A DNA stretch of 64,000 bases from an uncultured cyanobacterium (GTDB lineage: Bacteria > Cyanobacteriota > Cyanobacteriia > Leptolyngbyales > Leptolyngbyaceae), in contig CAVYAN010000061.1 in the NCBI GenBank assembly GCA_963766075.1, positions 90,598 through 154,597 on the forward strand, given 5' to 3'. A program made the position numbers and the translations under genes. The notes under the pieces were generated by a model. It worked only from the letters and a program-made list of their open reading frames with translations, was not told where the DNA came from and ran no database searches. Below are positions 20,098 to 30,059 of this stretch, one piece after another; the first letter of the stretch is position 1; every line of letters starts with the position of its first letter.

Positions 20098-20667
20098 ATG
20101 TGGATGCTACCGAAGGTTGCTCTTTCTGAATTTAATTTTTCAAAGCTTGACCTATCCCTGGGCCGATTGCCGAACGCGGTCAGAGTGGCGGCGATCGCCA
20201 CGGCTCTCCTGGCTCACCCTGTTATAGTCCACGCCCAAGCGGCGCAAACCGTAGAACTGGATCGCAATGGCGCAGTCAAGGCCATTCCCTTCGAGCGGAC
20301 CCAGTCTACGATCTACAGTCACACCCAGTTCCATAATCCATACTATTGGGGTGCGGCTCCGGTGATTATTTACCCCTATGGCCAGCCTGGGGGGCATCAC
20401 CACCACTCAGTCAACTACCCGATCAATAATCCGGACCAATATTCGAGTAGCAACTCTAGCGTGATCGTGATCAACCGCACGGTGATTTCCAGGCCCTTCT
20501 CCAATTTCACTGGGATCACCCCTGAGATTGCGCGTCCCTACGCTTTCCCCGCCCAGATCGAGCAATACCGCTCTCCAGCCCGTTATCAAATCACCTTCCC
20601 AACTCGATACGACTCGCGCCCCTATCGCCATGGGTATCCAACTCGCCACGGGTATCCAACTCGCTAA
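20098..20667 (+). CDS. Hypothetical secreted Tyr/His/Pro-rich protein
   Basis: 189-aa ORF with signal-like AAIATALLAHPVIVHAQA; ends in an RHGYPT x2 duplication. Confidence 0.55.
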   Translation: MWMLPKVALSEFNFSKLDLSLGRLPNAVRVAAIATALLAHPVIVHAQAAQTVELDRNGAVKAIPFERTQSTIYSHTQFHNPYYWGAAPVIIYPYGQPGGHHHHSVNYPINNPDQYSSSNSSVIVINRTVISRPFSNFTGITPEIARPYAFPAQIEQYRSPARYQITFPTRYDSRPYRHGYPTRHGYPTR

Positions 20668-20712
20668 GGGTTGCCAGAGCGTTGGCTTACCGTTCATCTT
20701 TGCTGTTAGTGA

Positions 20713-21741
20713 TTGACTTCTATGCCGACCTATCCCGGAATTTCCAGTGAAGCCTTCCGTCACCCCCTCGATCGCCAAGCGGAACAAACCCTACGCAATG
20801 TGCCGGGGTTTGACTTGGTATCGCGCAAATTTGTGGAGTTTCTGACCGAGCGCCCACAATTTGTGTTTCAGATGGGAAATAGCATTCAAGTGGGGCCGCG
20901 CCAATACGGTACGGTGTATCAAATGTTTCGCGAGTGTGTGCGGGATTTGGACATGCATCCAGAACCGAATTTTTTCATGTCCCAGTCGCCCCAAGTAAAT
21001 GCCTATTCCTTGGGGCAAGAGCGGCCCTTCATTGTGCTGAATACGGGATTGCTGGACTTGCTGGATGAGCAGGAGCTGCGATCGGTAATTGCCCATGAGT
21101 TGGGCCATATCAAGTGTGGACACACCACTCTGCGCCAAATGGCGATTTGGACCACCCAAGCGATTTCTGGACTGGCGGAAATGACCTTTGGCCTCAGCAC
21201 GCTGATCAGTTCAGGGCTAGTGCTGGCGTTTTATGAATGGCAGCGGAAAGCCGAATTGTCTTCCGATCGCGCCTCGCTGCTGGTCATGGATGAACTCAAT
21301 CCTGTCCTCAGCACCATGATGAAAATCTCCGGGGGTAGTGTGAAACATGCCCACGAAATCAGTCTGGATGAATTCATTCGCCAATCGGAACGTTATCAGG
21401 AAATGAATCAGGATGGACTGAATCAAATTTACCGATTCCTGATCTACAACACGGGCAATTTCCTCAGTCACCCCTTTACCGTCGAGCGGGCCATCTATCT
21501 CAAGGAATGGTCCAACAGCGAAGACTATCGCCAGATTCGCACAGGCAACTATCCCCGCGCCGGAGCAGAGGGTTCGGTCAATGTGCCTGCCACTCCGGTG
21601 GCAGACAGCGGCTCCAGCGGGGGTACTGGAACTGCCTCTGGAACTGCTGGGTCAGCGGGCCAAACCCCAGCGGATGTGGAGCGACTGCGCCGAGAGATTG
21701 CCGAGTTACAGGACGAAATCGATCGCATCCGTCGCCGCTAG
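20713..21741 (+). CDS. M48 family metallopeptidase (HtpX/Ste24-like)
   Basis: MPTYPGISSEAFRHPLDRQAE (likely start 20722), AHELGHIKCGH HExxH, RKAELSSDRA, SHPFTVER. Confidence 0.9.
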   Translation: MTSMPTYPGISSEAFRHPLDRQAEQTLRNVPGFDLVSRKFVEFLTERPQFVFQMGNSIQVGPRQYGTVYQMFRECVRDLDMHPEPNFFMSQSPQVNAYSLGQERPFIVLNTGLLDLLDEQELRSVIAHELGHIKCGHTTLRQMAIWTTQAISGLAEMTFGLSTLISSGLVLAFYEWQRKAELSSDRASLLVMDELNPVLSTMMKISGGSVKHAHEISLDEFIRQSERYQEMNQDGLNQIYRFLIYNTGNFLSHPFTVERAIYLKEWSNSEDYRQIRTGNYPRAGAEGSVNVPATPVADSGSSGGTGTASGTAGSAGQTPADVERLRREIAELQDEIDRIRRR

Positions 21742-21747
21742 AGTGAA

Positions 21748-22652
21748 TTAAGAATCTACAGCCTGCCGCAAGTTCCCCTGATGCTGAGCCAGGAGATGGC
21801 TTCCGGCTTCTTTGTCTAGGCCGGTCCAGTGCATGAGGAGAGCTAATTTGACGTTGCGATCGCTCGCTTCCAAGAGTTGGGCGGCGGTGGTCCGATTTAA
21901 ATCGGTTAAATCTTCGATGATGCGGAGGGCGCGATCGTGGAGTTTGCGATTGGTGACGGCAACATCGACCATGCGATTGCCATAGACCTTGCCCAATTGC
22001 ACCATGGTGCCCGTGGAAATAATATTCAGAGCCAGTTTGGTGACGGTGCCTGCTTTCAATCGAGTGGATCCGGCTAAAATTTCCGGGCCGACAATAAGGC
22101 GAATTTCCACGTCATAGTGTGCGGGAACTTGCTCTAGGGGGACACAGGCGATGAAAACGGTGGTAGCCCCGCGCTGGCGGGCTGCGTGCAAGGCCCCGTG
22201 GACATAGGGCGTGGTCCCTCCAGCGGTAATGCCAACGATCACATCACGGCTGGTGATCTGGTGCTGGGCGATCGCCGCTGCTCCATCCTCGGTCCGATCT
22301 TCAAGTCCTCGGAACTGCGGATCAAGGCTCCGGCCCCGCCCGCTAAAATCCCCTGTACCAATTCCGGCGGCGTGCAAAAGGTAGGTGGACATTCGGCAGC
22401 GTCCAATACGCCTAAACGCCCACTGGTGCCTGCTCCCAGGTAAAACAAGCGCCCACCCCGTTGCAAAGCCTGAGCGGAACGGGTAATTGCGTCAGCCAGT
22501 TCCAGGCGAGCTGCGGCGATCGCCGTGATTGTCCGGGCATCTTCTTGATTAAACAGATCCACTAACTCGACTGGACTCAATTGGTCCAGATTATGACTGT
22601 TGGGATTCGCTTGCTCAGTCAGCAAGTGTCCCCGTTGTTCCAAATTTTGCAT
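21748..22652 (-). pseudogene. murQ: N-acetylmuramic acid 6-phosphate etherase, single frameshift near 22303 (likely sequencing indel)
   Basis: LLTEQANP, GAGTSGRLGVLDAAECPPTF in one frame; EDR..GITAGGTTPYV..GPEILAGSTRLKAGT..GKVYGNRMVDV in the next. Adding one G (TTG GAA) restores SSEDLEDR. Confidence 0.9.
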
Positions 22653-22676
22653 GCTTAATGTTTAATTTTTAATTCA

Positions 22677-23114
22677 CTACAGCAACCCTTCCAGCCTGCG
22701 TCTCATGGCTTCGAGTTCGCGCTGGGACATGCTATTTTCGTCGTCGTCGCCTGGACTGGGCACTTCGTCGGCCAAGGCAGCATTGGACTTTTCACGTTCA
22801 TCCCAGTCGGTTTCCTGGAGATTGGCTTCCGGCGGTGCGAGCAGTAGGCGTTCTTCCTCCGACTGGGGAACAAAGCCAGCGGGGACTAATTTACTGTCAT
22901 AGCCGGGGCTCTGCCGACAAAAATCTTCGATTTCCTCGCGCGAGATGGATTCGACATTGGGGGCTGGAAAATCCTGGGCTTCTAGGAGTAAGGCATAGCG
23001 GGTCGCATCGTCTTCGTCCTCAAACATGAGAACCAGATTGCGATCGCCCATCCGAATGGTGTGAATCCCTTCGTTGTCGGTGCCCGCGTTGAACAGTAGA
23101 ACAAATACCCGCAT
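22677..23114 (-). CDS. DUF3110 family protein
   Basis: MRVFVLLFNAGTDNEGIHT..LMFEDEDDATRYALLLEAQDFPAP..MRRRLEGLL. Confidence 0.88.
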   Translation of the reverse strand: MRVFVLLFNAGTDNEGIHTIRMGDRNLVLMFEDEDDATRYALLLEAQDFPAPNVESISREEIEDFCRQSPGYDSKLVPAGFVPQSEEERLLLAPPEANLQETDWDEREKSNAALADEVPSPGDDDENSMSQRELEAMRRRLEGLL

Positions 23115-23385
23115 GGTTACAGATATCTCGATGTATTTGCTACTCAATCTTAGTGAAGTTCGGGCACGCTGATATGGAAAGATGTGGAAATTTCTCATCA
23201 ATACGTCTTCCCAGGCCGAGATGCCTTTGTGGCAACCGCCCTGGGACGGGATAATTTTGGCGCAACTGGGACCACAATCATCGGCGTCTGTCTCTAATAT
23301 CCACTCTGATGTCTAGCTATACTCTGATGCCATGGCTGATCAGCCATGGCATCAGCAATGGGGATTTTCTGGAGATTATTTGGGG

Positions 23386-24228
23386 TTACAGAGCACGAAT
23401 GCGGGTTTTGTACGCGGTATTGTCTAAGCCATCGCCCTTCTTGGCGGTGGCGGGGTTGATAGCTTGGTTCAGCCGCGTGACGCGATCGCCCGTGGCTGGG
23501 TGCGTACTCAAGAAGGTCGGTACAGAGCTCTGGGTCATCAACTTGCTCATAAAGGCAGTCATGGCTCCTGGGGCATAGCCCGCTTTAGTGAGGGTTTTGA
23601 GACCCAGTTGGTCTGCTTCAAATTCATCCTTGCGGCTATTGGGGCGATTGATAGCCAGTTCTACGCCAATGGCCACGGCGGTGCTGTTGCTAAGTCCGGC
23701 AGCGCCAGCAAGGCCCCGTTGAATCGCCGCTTCTTTCATTTGCTTGAGGGCATGGCGGGCCGTGATATGCCCAATTTCGTGTCCCATCACGCTGGCTAAT
23801 TCGGCTTCGTTGTCTGCTAATTTAAGTAAGCCGACATGGACATAAACGAAACCACCCATGGTGGCAAAGGCGTTCACGCTTTTGTCATCGACAATTTGAA
23901 AGGTGTAGGGCAAGTTGGGACGGGCACTATTGGCAGCAAGGCGTTGGCCAATTTGGTTGACGTAGCGGTTAAGGTCTGGATCTTTGACTACGCGGAATTG
24001 ACTGCTGGTCAACTGATCGTTTATTTGTTGGCCCAGTTGGACTTCGCGGCGATCGGAAAGGTTGGAAAGCTGAATCAACTGCACACCGTTGAGGATCAAA
24101 TCGCCCCAGGAAATGGCCCGTGCGGCGATCGGTTGGCCCACCCACAGGCCCATGGCCACAACTAGAGACAGTAAGGGGTAGATCCAGCGGCGAGAGGGAC
24201 GGGTAAACCAGAAGGGAATCTGTGCCAT
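23386..24228 (-). CDS. M48 family metalloprotease (BepA/YfgC-like), exported
   Basis: Signal/TM, VNAFATMGG, GHEIGHITARH, EFEADQLG, FLSTHPATGDR. Confidence 0.9.
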   Translation of the reverse strand: MAQIPFWFTRPSRRWIYPLLSLVVAMGLWVGQPIAARAISWGDLILNGVQLIQLSNLSDRREVQLGQQINDQLTSSQFRVVKDPDLNRYVNQIGQRLAANSARPNLPYTFQIVDDKSVNAFATMGGFVYVHVGLLKLADNEAELASVMGHEIGHITARHALKQMKEAAIQRGLAGAAGLSNSTAVAIGVELAINRPNSRKDEFEADQLGLKTLTKAGYAPGAMTAFMSKLMTQSSVPTFLSTHPATGDRVTRLNQAINPATAKKGDGLDNTAYKTRIRAL

Positions 24229-24439
24229 GGGAAGTGCCTGATGATAGACGGTAAAGCAATGGGCCGTGTGAATCAAACGACCGCAGTTTTGCTTCTATTG
24301 TTCCAATGGTAAGGTGCTAAGCGCGATCCGAGAATGGGAGTTTTGGTCCTGGGCGTTTACAGGGGCTGCTTCTCGGGCATGGGCGAGAGTGTAGGAGTTT
24401 GTTATGCGGTAGTACTTTACGCAGTAGTACTATAGAAAC

Positions 24440-24907
24440 ATGGCAGAAAAAAGTGAAGGCATCAAAATTGTTAGCGACAACCGACAGGCTCGCTACCTCT
24501 ACGAGATCCTAGAAACGTTTGAGACCGGGATCTCCCTGGTAGGGACAGAGGTGAAGTCCATTCGCGCGGGTAAGGTGAACCTGCGGGATGGGTTTGGTCT
24601 GATTCGGGATGGGGAAGTGTGGCTGCTGAATGTGCAAATTTCCGTGTATGACTCGTCGAGCCAGACGTTTAATCATGACCCACGACGGACCCGGAAGCTG
24701 TTGATGAACCGGGACGAGATTCGCAAGTTGACGGGTAAAACCCAGGAGCAAGGGCTGACCCTGGTGCCGCTGAAAATGTACTTCAAGCGGGGCTGGGTAA
24801 AGGTGGACATGGCCCTAGTGCGGGGTAAAAAGCTGCACGACAAGCGCGAGGATATTCGCAAGCGGGAAGATCAACGCAACATGCAGCGGGCGTTGAAAAA
24901 CCGTTAG
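24440..24907 (+). CDS. smpB: SsrA-binding protein
   Basis: NRQARYLYEILETFETGISLVGTEVKSIR, NHDPRRTRKLL, GKKLHDKRE. Confidence 0.98.
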   Translation: MAEKSEGIKIVSDNRQARYLYEILETFETGISLVGTEVKSIRAGKVNLRDGFGLIRDGEVWLLNVQISVYDSSSQTFNHDPRRTRKLLMNRDEIRKLTGKTQEQGLTLVPLKMYFKRGWVKVDMALVRGKKLHDKREDIRKREDQRNMQRALKNR

Positions 24908-24973
24908 ATCGGTCAGTGGCATGCCCCTGCCCAATTCAGGAGACCTAACCCCCTCTTGCTTGAATGCCCCTCC

Positions 24974-25010
24974 GGCTATACCCCTTCTCTGCCAGGGAAG
25001 GGGTATAGCC
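24974..25010. terminator. Hairpin between convergent genes
   Basis: GGCTATACCCCTTC...GAAGGGGTATAGCC perfect 14-bp stem. Confidence 0.7.
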
Positions 25011-25021
25011 AGGGCCTAACA

Positions 25022-25744
25022 CTAGCGGGCAGGACACTGACTTAGGTTGCTTAGCCCCGGCTTATTGATATCAGAGTTATACATCCAAACTTCCGCCGGA
25101 TCGGTGGCAGTGGAGATGATGAACTGACCGGGGGTATTGCTGAGGGTGCGGGTCTGTTTTAGATCAATTTGCACCCAGGTCAAGGTCCCGTCGTTGAAAG
25201 CCTTGGCAGTTTTGCCGTCGGCGGTGACCACATACACGTATGCGCCTTCGCTGACGGTGCCGACGAAGTTGGCCAAGGCATTGTCCGGGGGAATCAGGGG
25301 ACGGGACCGGAGATTGATGGCGACTCCGGAAGGTGCCGCTTTGGCAATGACGCGGCGGCAGACACTAGACGCTCGGGGTGGAGTGGGCTGGACGGGGGGT
25401 TCGGTGCCACAGGAGCCCAAGGCGTCAATGGGAACAAACCCAGCATACTGGCGGGGATCCTTGACTTCTACCAGTGGGCTGCGACGGCTATCCGGCGATC
25501 GCATCAAAATGATGGGGGTGCCAGCAGGAATTGTACCGAGGGTTTCTGACCCCAAACTGTCGGAGCGAAATCGGGTGGTGTTGGTGCTGGTGATCCGACA
25601 GAGGTTGGCCTGTTGGGCGGCGAGGGGGGTGGTCTGGGGCAGCAGCATGGCGGGTAGCCCCCAGCTTACCGTGGCGATCGCAGGCACCATCACCATCCGC
25701 CCTACGGTTTTAAACGCACATTGCCAAGTCACGAGTTGATGCAT
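25022..25744 (-). CDS. Secreted protein with two putative SH3b-like domains; start uncertain
   Basis: Signal-like region, then CRIT...GFVP...GSC and CRRV..INLRSRP..VGTV..WVQI...SQCP separated by a Pro-rich linker. Confidence 0.55.
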   Translation of the reverse strand: MHQLVTWQCAFKTVGRMVMVPAIATVSWGLPAMLLPQTTPLAAQQANLCRITSTNTTRFRSDSLGSETLGTIPAGTPIILMRSPDSRRSPLVEVKDPRQYAGFVPIDALGSCGTEPPVQPTPPRASSVCRRVIAKAAPSGVAINLRSRPLIPPDNALANFVGTVSEGAYVYVVTADGKTAKAFNDGTLTWVQIDLKQTRTLSNTPGQFIISTATDPAEVWMYNSDINKPGLSNLSQCPAR

Positions 25745-26089
25745 ATGGAGCCGTCCTAAAGCAGGTATGGGTGAGGAGCGTTGGAGAGTGTTTCCCAATG
25801 GGGCAAGCCCACTCGCCATCCCCATAGGCCAATTTCCAGCCGAGTTTCCAGCGGAGGATAATCTCCATCGGATGGCTCTATAAAGGCAGAGGGGAAAGGC
25901 AGCGAGGAAAGACATTGAGGACATTTCCCAAAGTGGATTTTCTATCTGGGAGTATTTATAGCGCAAAGCGGCCCAAAAAATTTCCCTTTCTCCCGTTTTG
26001 TTTTTGATTTTGTGTTTCTCCTGGATTTTGCGTTTTCCGGGAGGGTCGCGGTGAATTCAAGCCTGTACTTTAACAACATCCCTGAACCT

Positions 26090-26506
26090 ATGCGTCACGC
26101 TTACGCCTATCGGTTGGCATTGTGCCTGAGCCTGATTTTAGTCATCCCCGCCGGATACATGCTCCGATTTTCCACCGCCATTTCAGAGGGACTAGCCGAT
26201 GTATTGGGCAGTCTTGCCTATGAAATTGCTTGGGTGTTGCTGGTGGTGGGGCTATGGCCCCAGGTTTCCCTCCGGGGAGCGGCGATCGGAGTTTGCTGTG
26301 CGACCTGTGGCATCGAATTTTTACAGCTTTGGCATCCCCCTTTCCTGGAAACCCTGCGCCAAACGCTGCCGGGACGACTTGTATTGGGCAATTCCTTTCG
26401 ATGGGCCGATTTTCCGCCCTATTTTATCGGCAGTGGGTTGGGTTGGGCCTGGGCCAGTGGGGTGCGTGGCTGGCTGCGCCGCCATGATGCCCACTTCCCT
26501 GGGTAA
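26090..26506 (+). CDS. DUF2809 family membrane protein
   Basis: DVLGSLAYE, TCGIEFLQLWHPPFLETLRQTLPGRLVLGNSF..D..YFIG. Confidence 0.85.
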   Translation: MRHAYAYRLALCLSLILVIPAGYMLRFSTAISEGLADVLGSLAYEIAWVLLVVGLWPQVSLRGAAIGVCCATCGIEFLQLWHPPFLETLRQTLPGRLVLGNSFRWADFPPYFIGSGLGWAWASGVRGWLRRHDAHFPG

Positions 26507-26580
26507 TGCTCACGCCAATGGGGGCGATCGCCGGTCTATACTGCCTTTATCCCCACGCCTCCCCTTCCTTGACTGTGCTT

Positions 26581-27987
26581 ATGTTGCCGTTGCTCTCCAG
26601 CTTGTCTGTGGCCAGCTTGCCCGTGGCCAACTTGCCCGTGGCCCCTTTACCCATAGCGCAAACCCCACCACCCACACCCCAGGAATTCACCGTGCCGCAA
26701 CCTATGCGCGTGCTTCCTGGCCACCTGGATGCAGTGCCGGTGTTTAACAGCAATAGCCCCGAGTTGGTGCAAACCGCCGGAATTTTGCTATCCACCTTCC
26801 CCCCAACGGGAAAAAAATTCCCCGCTGCCCATCTCAACGTACCGCTTTCGGGCCGCTTTAATATTTTTGCCCACCACATTGCCAAAGGCCAAGGCCCCGA
26901 CGATCGCCGCACGCTTTACCTCGGTATTTTGCTGCACAATCCCACAGCGCAATCGGTGCGAGTGGATATTCTGCAAGCGGCCAGCTACCTCAGCCAGCCC
27001 GATGCCCCCTTTGTTGATTTACCCCCCGTAGTGGAAGACCCTAGCGGCAAGGTGTACTCGGGTCCCGGCAGTCGGGCGATGGATGATGTTTTGCGGGGCA
27101 AGCGGCAGGCAGACTTTCCTGCCTATGTGATGATTCCACCGGGGCAAAGTCGGATGCTGATGAATTTACCGATTCCTGTCAAAACCTTGACGCCGCCACT
27201 GAATGGTCGGTCTTCTTTGATTCGTCTGGCCAGTAGCGATCGCCTGTATGTGGCCAGTCTGGCGCTATTTGCACAGCAGAATGCCGATGGTAGCGATCGC
27301 CCGCCGACCTTGGATGAATGGCAGGATTTGCTCGAACGCAGCGATGTGGCGGGTCCCCGAGATCGACCTCCTACGCCCCTGGATTTGCCGGGGGGCACGT
27401 TTGCCTATGGGCGCGTGGCGGGGGTTTCCCTAGGGTCTCGCTGGCAAACGCAACTGGTAGACGATCCCACGGCGGATATCGGGCGCTGGTATCTCAGCAT
27501 TCCCAGCGCTGGACAAGCCTTTTCCTACGGTCTGAGTACGTTGGTGCGGGGGACTTTGGGCACTGGACAAGTCCAAACGGCTGCGATGGTGGCTCGTTAC
27601 CCGGATACGGCCTATCAAGCCCACGGCAATTACACGACGGAATATAGTTTGACGTTGCCCCTGCGCAATTTGACCGGACAGGCCCAGTCTGTGGCGATCG
27701 CCCTGGAAACGCCGATCAAATTCGACGCGCCAGCGCCCAAAGGGCTGCGATTTTTCCAGCCGCTGCCCCGCAATGTGTTTTTCCGGGGCAGTGTCCGACT
27801 GCGCTACACCGATGACCAGGGTTTGCCGCAAACTCGCTATGTTCATCTTGTGCAGCGGCGCGGCCAGCAGGGTCCGACTTTAATCCGACTGATGATGCCC
27901 CCGGAGGCTCACCGTCTCGTCCAATTTGATTTTCTTTATCCGCCGGATGCGACCCCGCCGCAAATTTTGACGGTGAGAACGGAATGA
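26581..27987 (+). CDS. DUF3370 family protein
   Basis: LPGHLDAVPVFNSNSPE, SGPGSR, YGRVAGVS, AYQAHGNY, FDFLYPPDATPPQILTV. Confidence 0.9.
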   Translation: MLPLLSSLSVASLPVANLPVAPLPIAQTPPPTPQEFTVPQPMRVLPGHLDAVPVFNSNSPELVQTAGILLSTFPPTGKKFPAAHLNVPLSGRFNIFAHHIAKGQGPDDRRTLYLGILLHNPTAQSVRVDILQAASYLSQPDAPFVDLPPVVEDPSGKVYSGPGSRAMDDVLRGKRQADFPAYVMIPPGQSRMLMNLPIPVKTLTPPLNGRSSLIRLASSDRLYVASLALFAQQNADGSDRPPTLDEWQDLLERSDVAGPRDRPPTPLDLPGGTFAYGRVAGVSLGSRWQTQLVDDPTADIGRWYLSIPSAGQAFSYGLSTLVRGTLGTGQVQTAAMVARYPDTAYQAHGNYTTEYSLTLPLRNLTGQAQSVAIALETPIKFDAPAPKGLRFFQPLPRNVFFRGSVRLRYTDDQGLPQTRYVHLVQRRGQQGPTLIRLMMPPEAHRLVQFDFLYPPDATPPQILTVRTE

Positions 27988-28036
27988 TGCTGGGAGCGAG
28001 ATGAGTTCGCTTTGCGAGACTAGCCCGCCAATTCAC

Positions 28037-28335
28037 TAGTATGTCAGCGCGGAAGTTCGGGTACCATTCGGGTACCATTTAAGGCATAGAGAGCACTGGA
28101 GGAAAGCCCCGTGCCACGACTCGCCCCAAAACCGCTAACGTTAGAGCCCGAGGAACGAGAACAACTGCAGCAGCTGATTCATCGTCATAGTACCCCGCAA
28201 CAAATTGCGCTGAGAGCCCAGATTATTATTCTGGCGGATGCCGGAGAAACGCATCGAGAGATTGCGCGGCAGTTAAATATTAGTCGTCAGATGGCTCGGC
28301 TTCTCCTGCCTTTGCTTATTCTTGAAGAGGTCTAG
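28037..28335 (+). mobile_element. IS630-family remnant (left end plus N-terminal HTH only)
   Basis: (M)PRLAPKPLTL..LIHRHSTPQQIALRAQIIILADAG..REIARQLNISRQMARL typical IS630 HTH, truncated at ~28300; no DDE domain. Confidence 0.75.
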
Positions 28336-29012
28336 TAGTGCTTTTGGCGCTGGCGCGGGGGAATGGGCAAGCCTTGAGTCGTATGGAAGTCTTCTTGCAC
28401 CTTGCGGGTGAGGCGATTTGAGACTTGGCGCACAATATTGCGCAGCAGGCGATCGCCAGTAGTTTGAATCAACGCCTTGGGGAGCGCATGGATAAACCGG
28501 GGAAACTGGATGGTCACCGCCAAATCCAACTGCCATTGCACATGGGTCAGGGGAGTGGCGGCCGCCTCTAAGGCCCCATGCTCTACCAACTCCATCGCCG
28601 CGTTAAAGTCCACATCATAGCCAATAGACTCATAGCCTGGGACGGGAACAGTTTCAATGCAATAAATCCCCCGATCCTGGGGTAACAGATTTAAGCCGAT
28701 CTTTGGTTCAATTTCATACCCGAAGGAGCCGAATTTACCAATCACCAAAGCATAGCTATTCTTGCCAATCTCCTCAACCCTCATGGGATGGGCACAGCGC
28801 CGAAACCATTGGTGGTGAGTATCGAGATAGCGGGCCACGGTTGCCGCATCCGCCGCCATTTCCATGTGATCAACAAAATGACTGCGAAATTGGGTCAGTT
28901 CCGGCACGGCATCCTCTTTCCCCGCCTCATTAGCGTCGGAAAAGCCAGATACGGCTTGGATAAAACTCTCGGACGTTTCCATGGACTCGAAGTGGTTAAC
29001 CTGTGACTGCAT
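28332..29012 (-). CDS. DUF1997 family protein
   Basis: YLDTHHQWFRRCAHPM, GKFGSFGYEIEPKIGL, FPRFIHALP..TGDRLL..RLTRKVQEDFH. Confidence 0.88.
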   Translation of the reverse strand: MQSQVNHFESMETSESFIQAVSGFSDANEAGKEDAVPELTQFRSHFVDHMEMAADAATVARYLDTHHQWFRRCAHPMRVEEIGKNSYALVIGKFGSFGYEIEPKIGLNLLPQDRGIYCIETVPVPGYESIGYDVDFNAAMELVEHGALEAAATPLTHVQWQLDLAVTIQFPRFIHALPKALIQTTGDRLLRNIVRQVSNRLTRKVQEDFHTTQGLPIPPRQRQKHY

Positions 29013-29315
29013 GGGAATTAGGTGGCGTAAATGGCGCTAGAACTATTCTTAAGATGCCCTGCTTTGCATCCAGAGTGTACGGGAGTTACACGGAACCTGT
29101 AACAATTAAGTCGTGGCGCTCTCCGCATAATCTCGACTTTTAAGACATGCTAGCGACACTTCCTCTATTTTCTGAATCGTGCGGATAGCATTTTATACAC
29201 ATAGAACCGGGTGAATCGGTTGGCTTAACGGGTCTGTAATATTTAGCAACATTCTATTACTATAGTGCGAGAGTCTTAATCTAGCTACACCTTAAAAGCG
29301 GAAAGGATGGTCGGG

Positions 29316-29975
29316 ATGAAAGCATTGGTTGCGGGGGCTACGGGGCAAACAGGACGGCGAATTGTGCAGGAGTTGTTACAGCGGGGCATTCCAGTGCGGG
29401 CCTTGGTGCGAGATTTGGCGGCGGCCCAGCAGATTTTGCCTGCGGCGGCAGAACTGGTCCTAGGGGATGTGCTGGATCCCGCCAGCGTGGAGCGGGCGAT
29501 CGCCGACTGCACCGTACTGCTTTCTGCTACGGGAGCCACGCCCAGCTTTGATCCCACGGGTCCCTATCGCATCGATTACGAAGGCACGAAAAATTTAGTC
29601 GATGGGGCAAAAGCGCGGGGAATTGAGCAGTTTGTCATGGTGTCATCCCTGTGTGTGTCCCAATTCCTTCACCCCCTCAACCTGTTTTTCCTGATTCTGG
29701 TCTGGAAAAAGCAAGCAGAGGAATATCTGCAAAAGAGCGGCGTGCCCTACACCATCGTGCGTCCAGGGGGGCTAAAAAATGAAGACAACGCCGATGCGAT
29801 TGTTATGGCGGCGGCGGATACGTTGTTTGAGGGCAGCATTCCCCGCACCAAGGTGGCGCAGGTGTCTGTAGAAGCGCTGTTTTCGGAGTCTGCTCGCAAC
29901 CGGGTTGTCGAGATTATTGCCAAGCCCGATGCCCCGGCCAAGGGCTTTGAAGCGCTGTTCCAGAGTGTGGCATAG
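29316..29975 (+). CDS. NAD(P)-binding atypical SDR (Tic62-like)
   Basis: ALVAGATGQTG Rossmann motif, DYEGTKNL, VSSLC, YTIVRPGGL. Confidence 0.9.
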   Translation: MKALVAGATGQTGRRIVQELLQRGIPVRALVRDLAAAQQILPAAAELVLGDVLDPASVERAIADCTVLLSATGATPSFDPTGPYRIDYEGTKNLVDGAKARGIEQFVMVSSLCVSQFLHPLNLFFLILVWKKQAEEYLQKSGVPYTIVRPGGLKNEDNADAIVMAAADTLFEGSIPRTKVAQVSVEALFSESARNRVVEIIAKPDAPAKGFEALFQSVA

Positions 29976-30015
29976 GACACGGAAGACCGCTATCAGAGGG
30001 AAAACGACTACTAGG

Positions 30016-30059
30016 GTTTACCAGGGGTTGCCAATCCTGTTTACCAGGGGTTGCCAATC
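30016..30059. repeat. 21-bp direct repeat duplicating the CHAT gene 3' end
   Basis: GTTTACCAGGGGTTGCCAATC at 30016-30036 and 30039-30059 (encodes IGNPW*). Confidence 0.9.

Noticed and set aside
24300..25020. tmRNA or an integration site near smpB
   Set aside because: No tRNA-like ends, tag ORF or integrase seen
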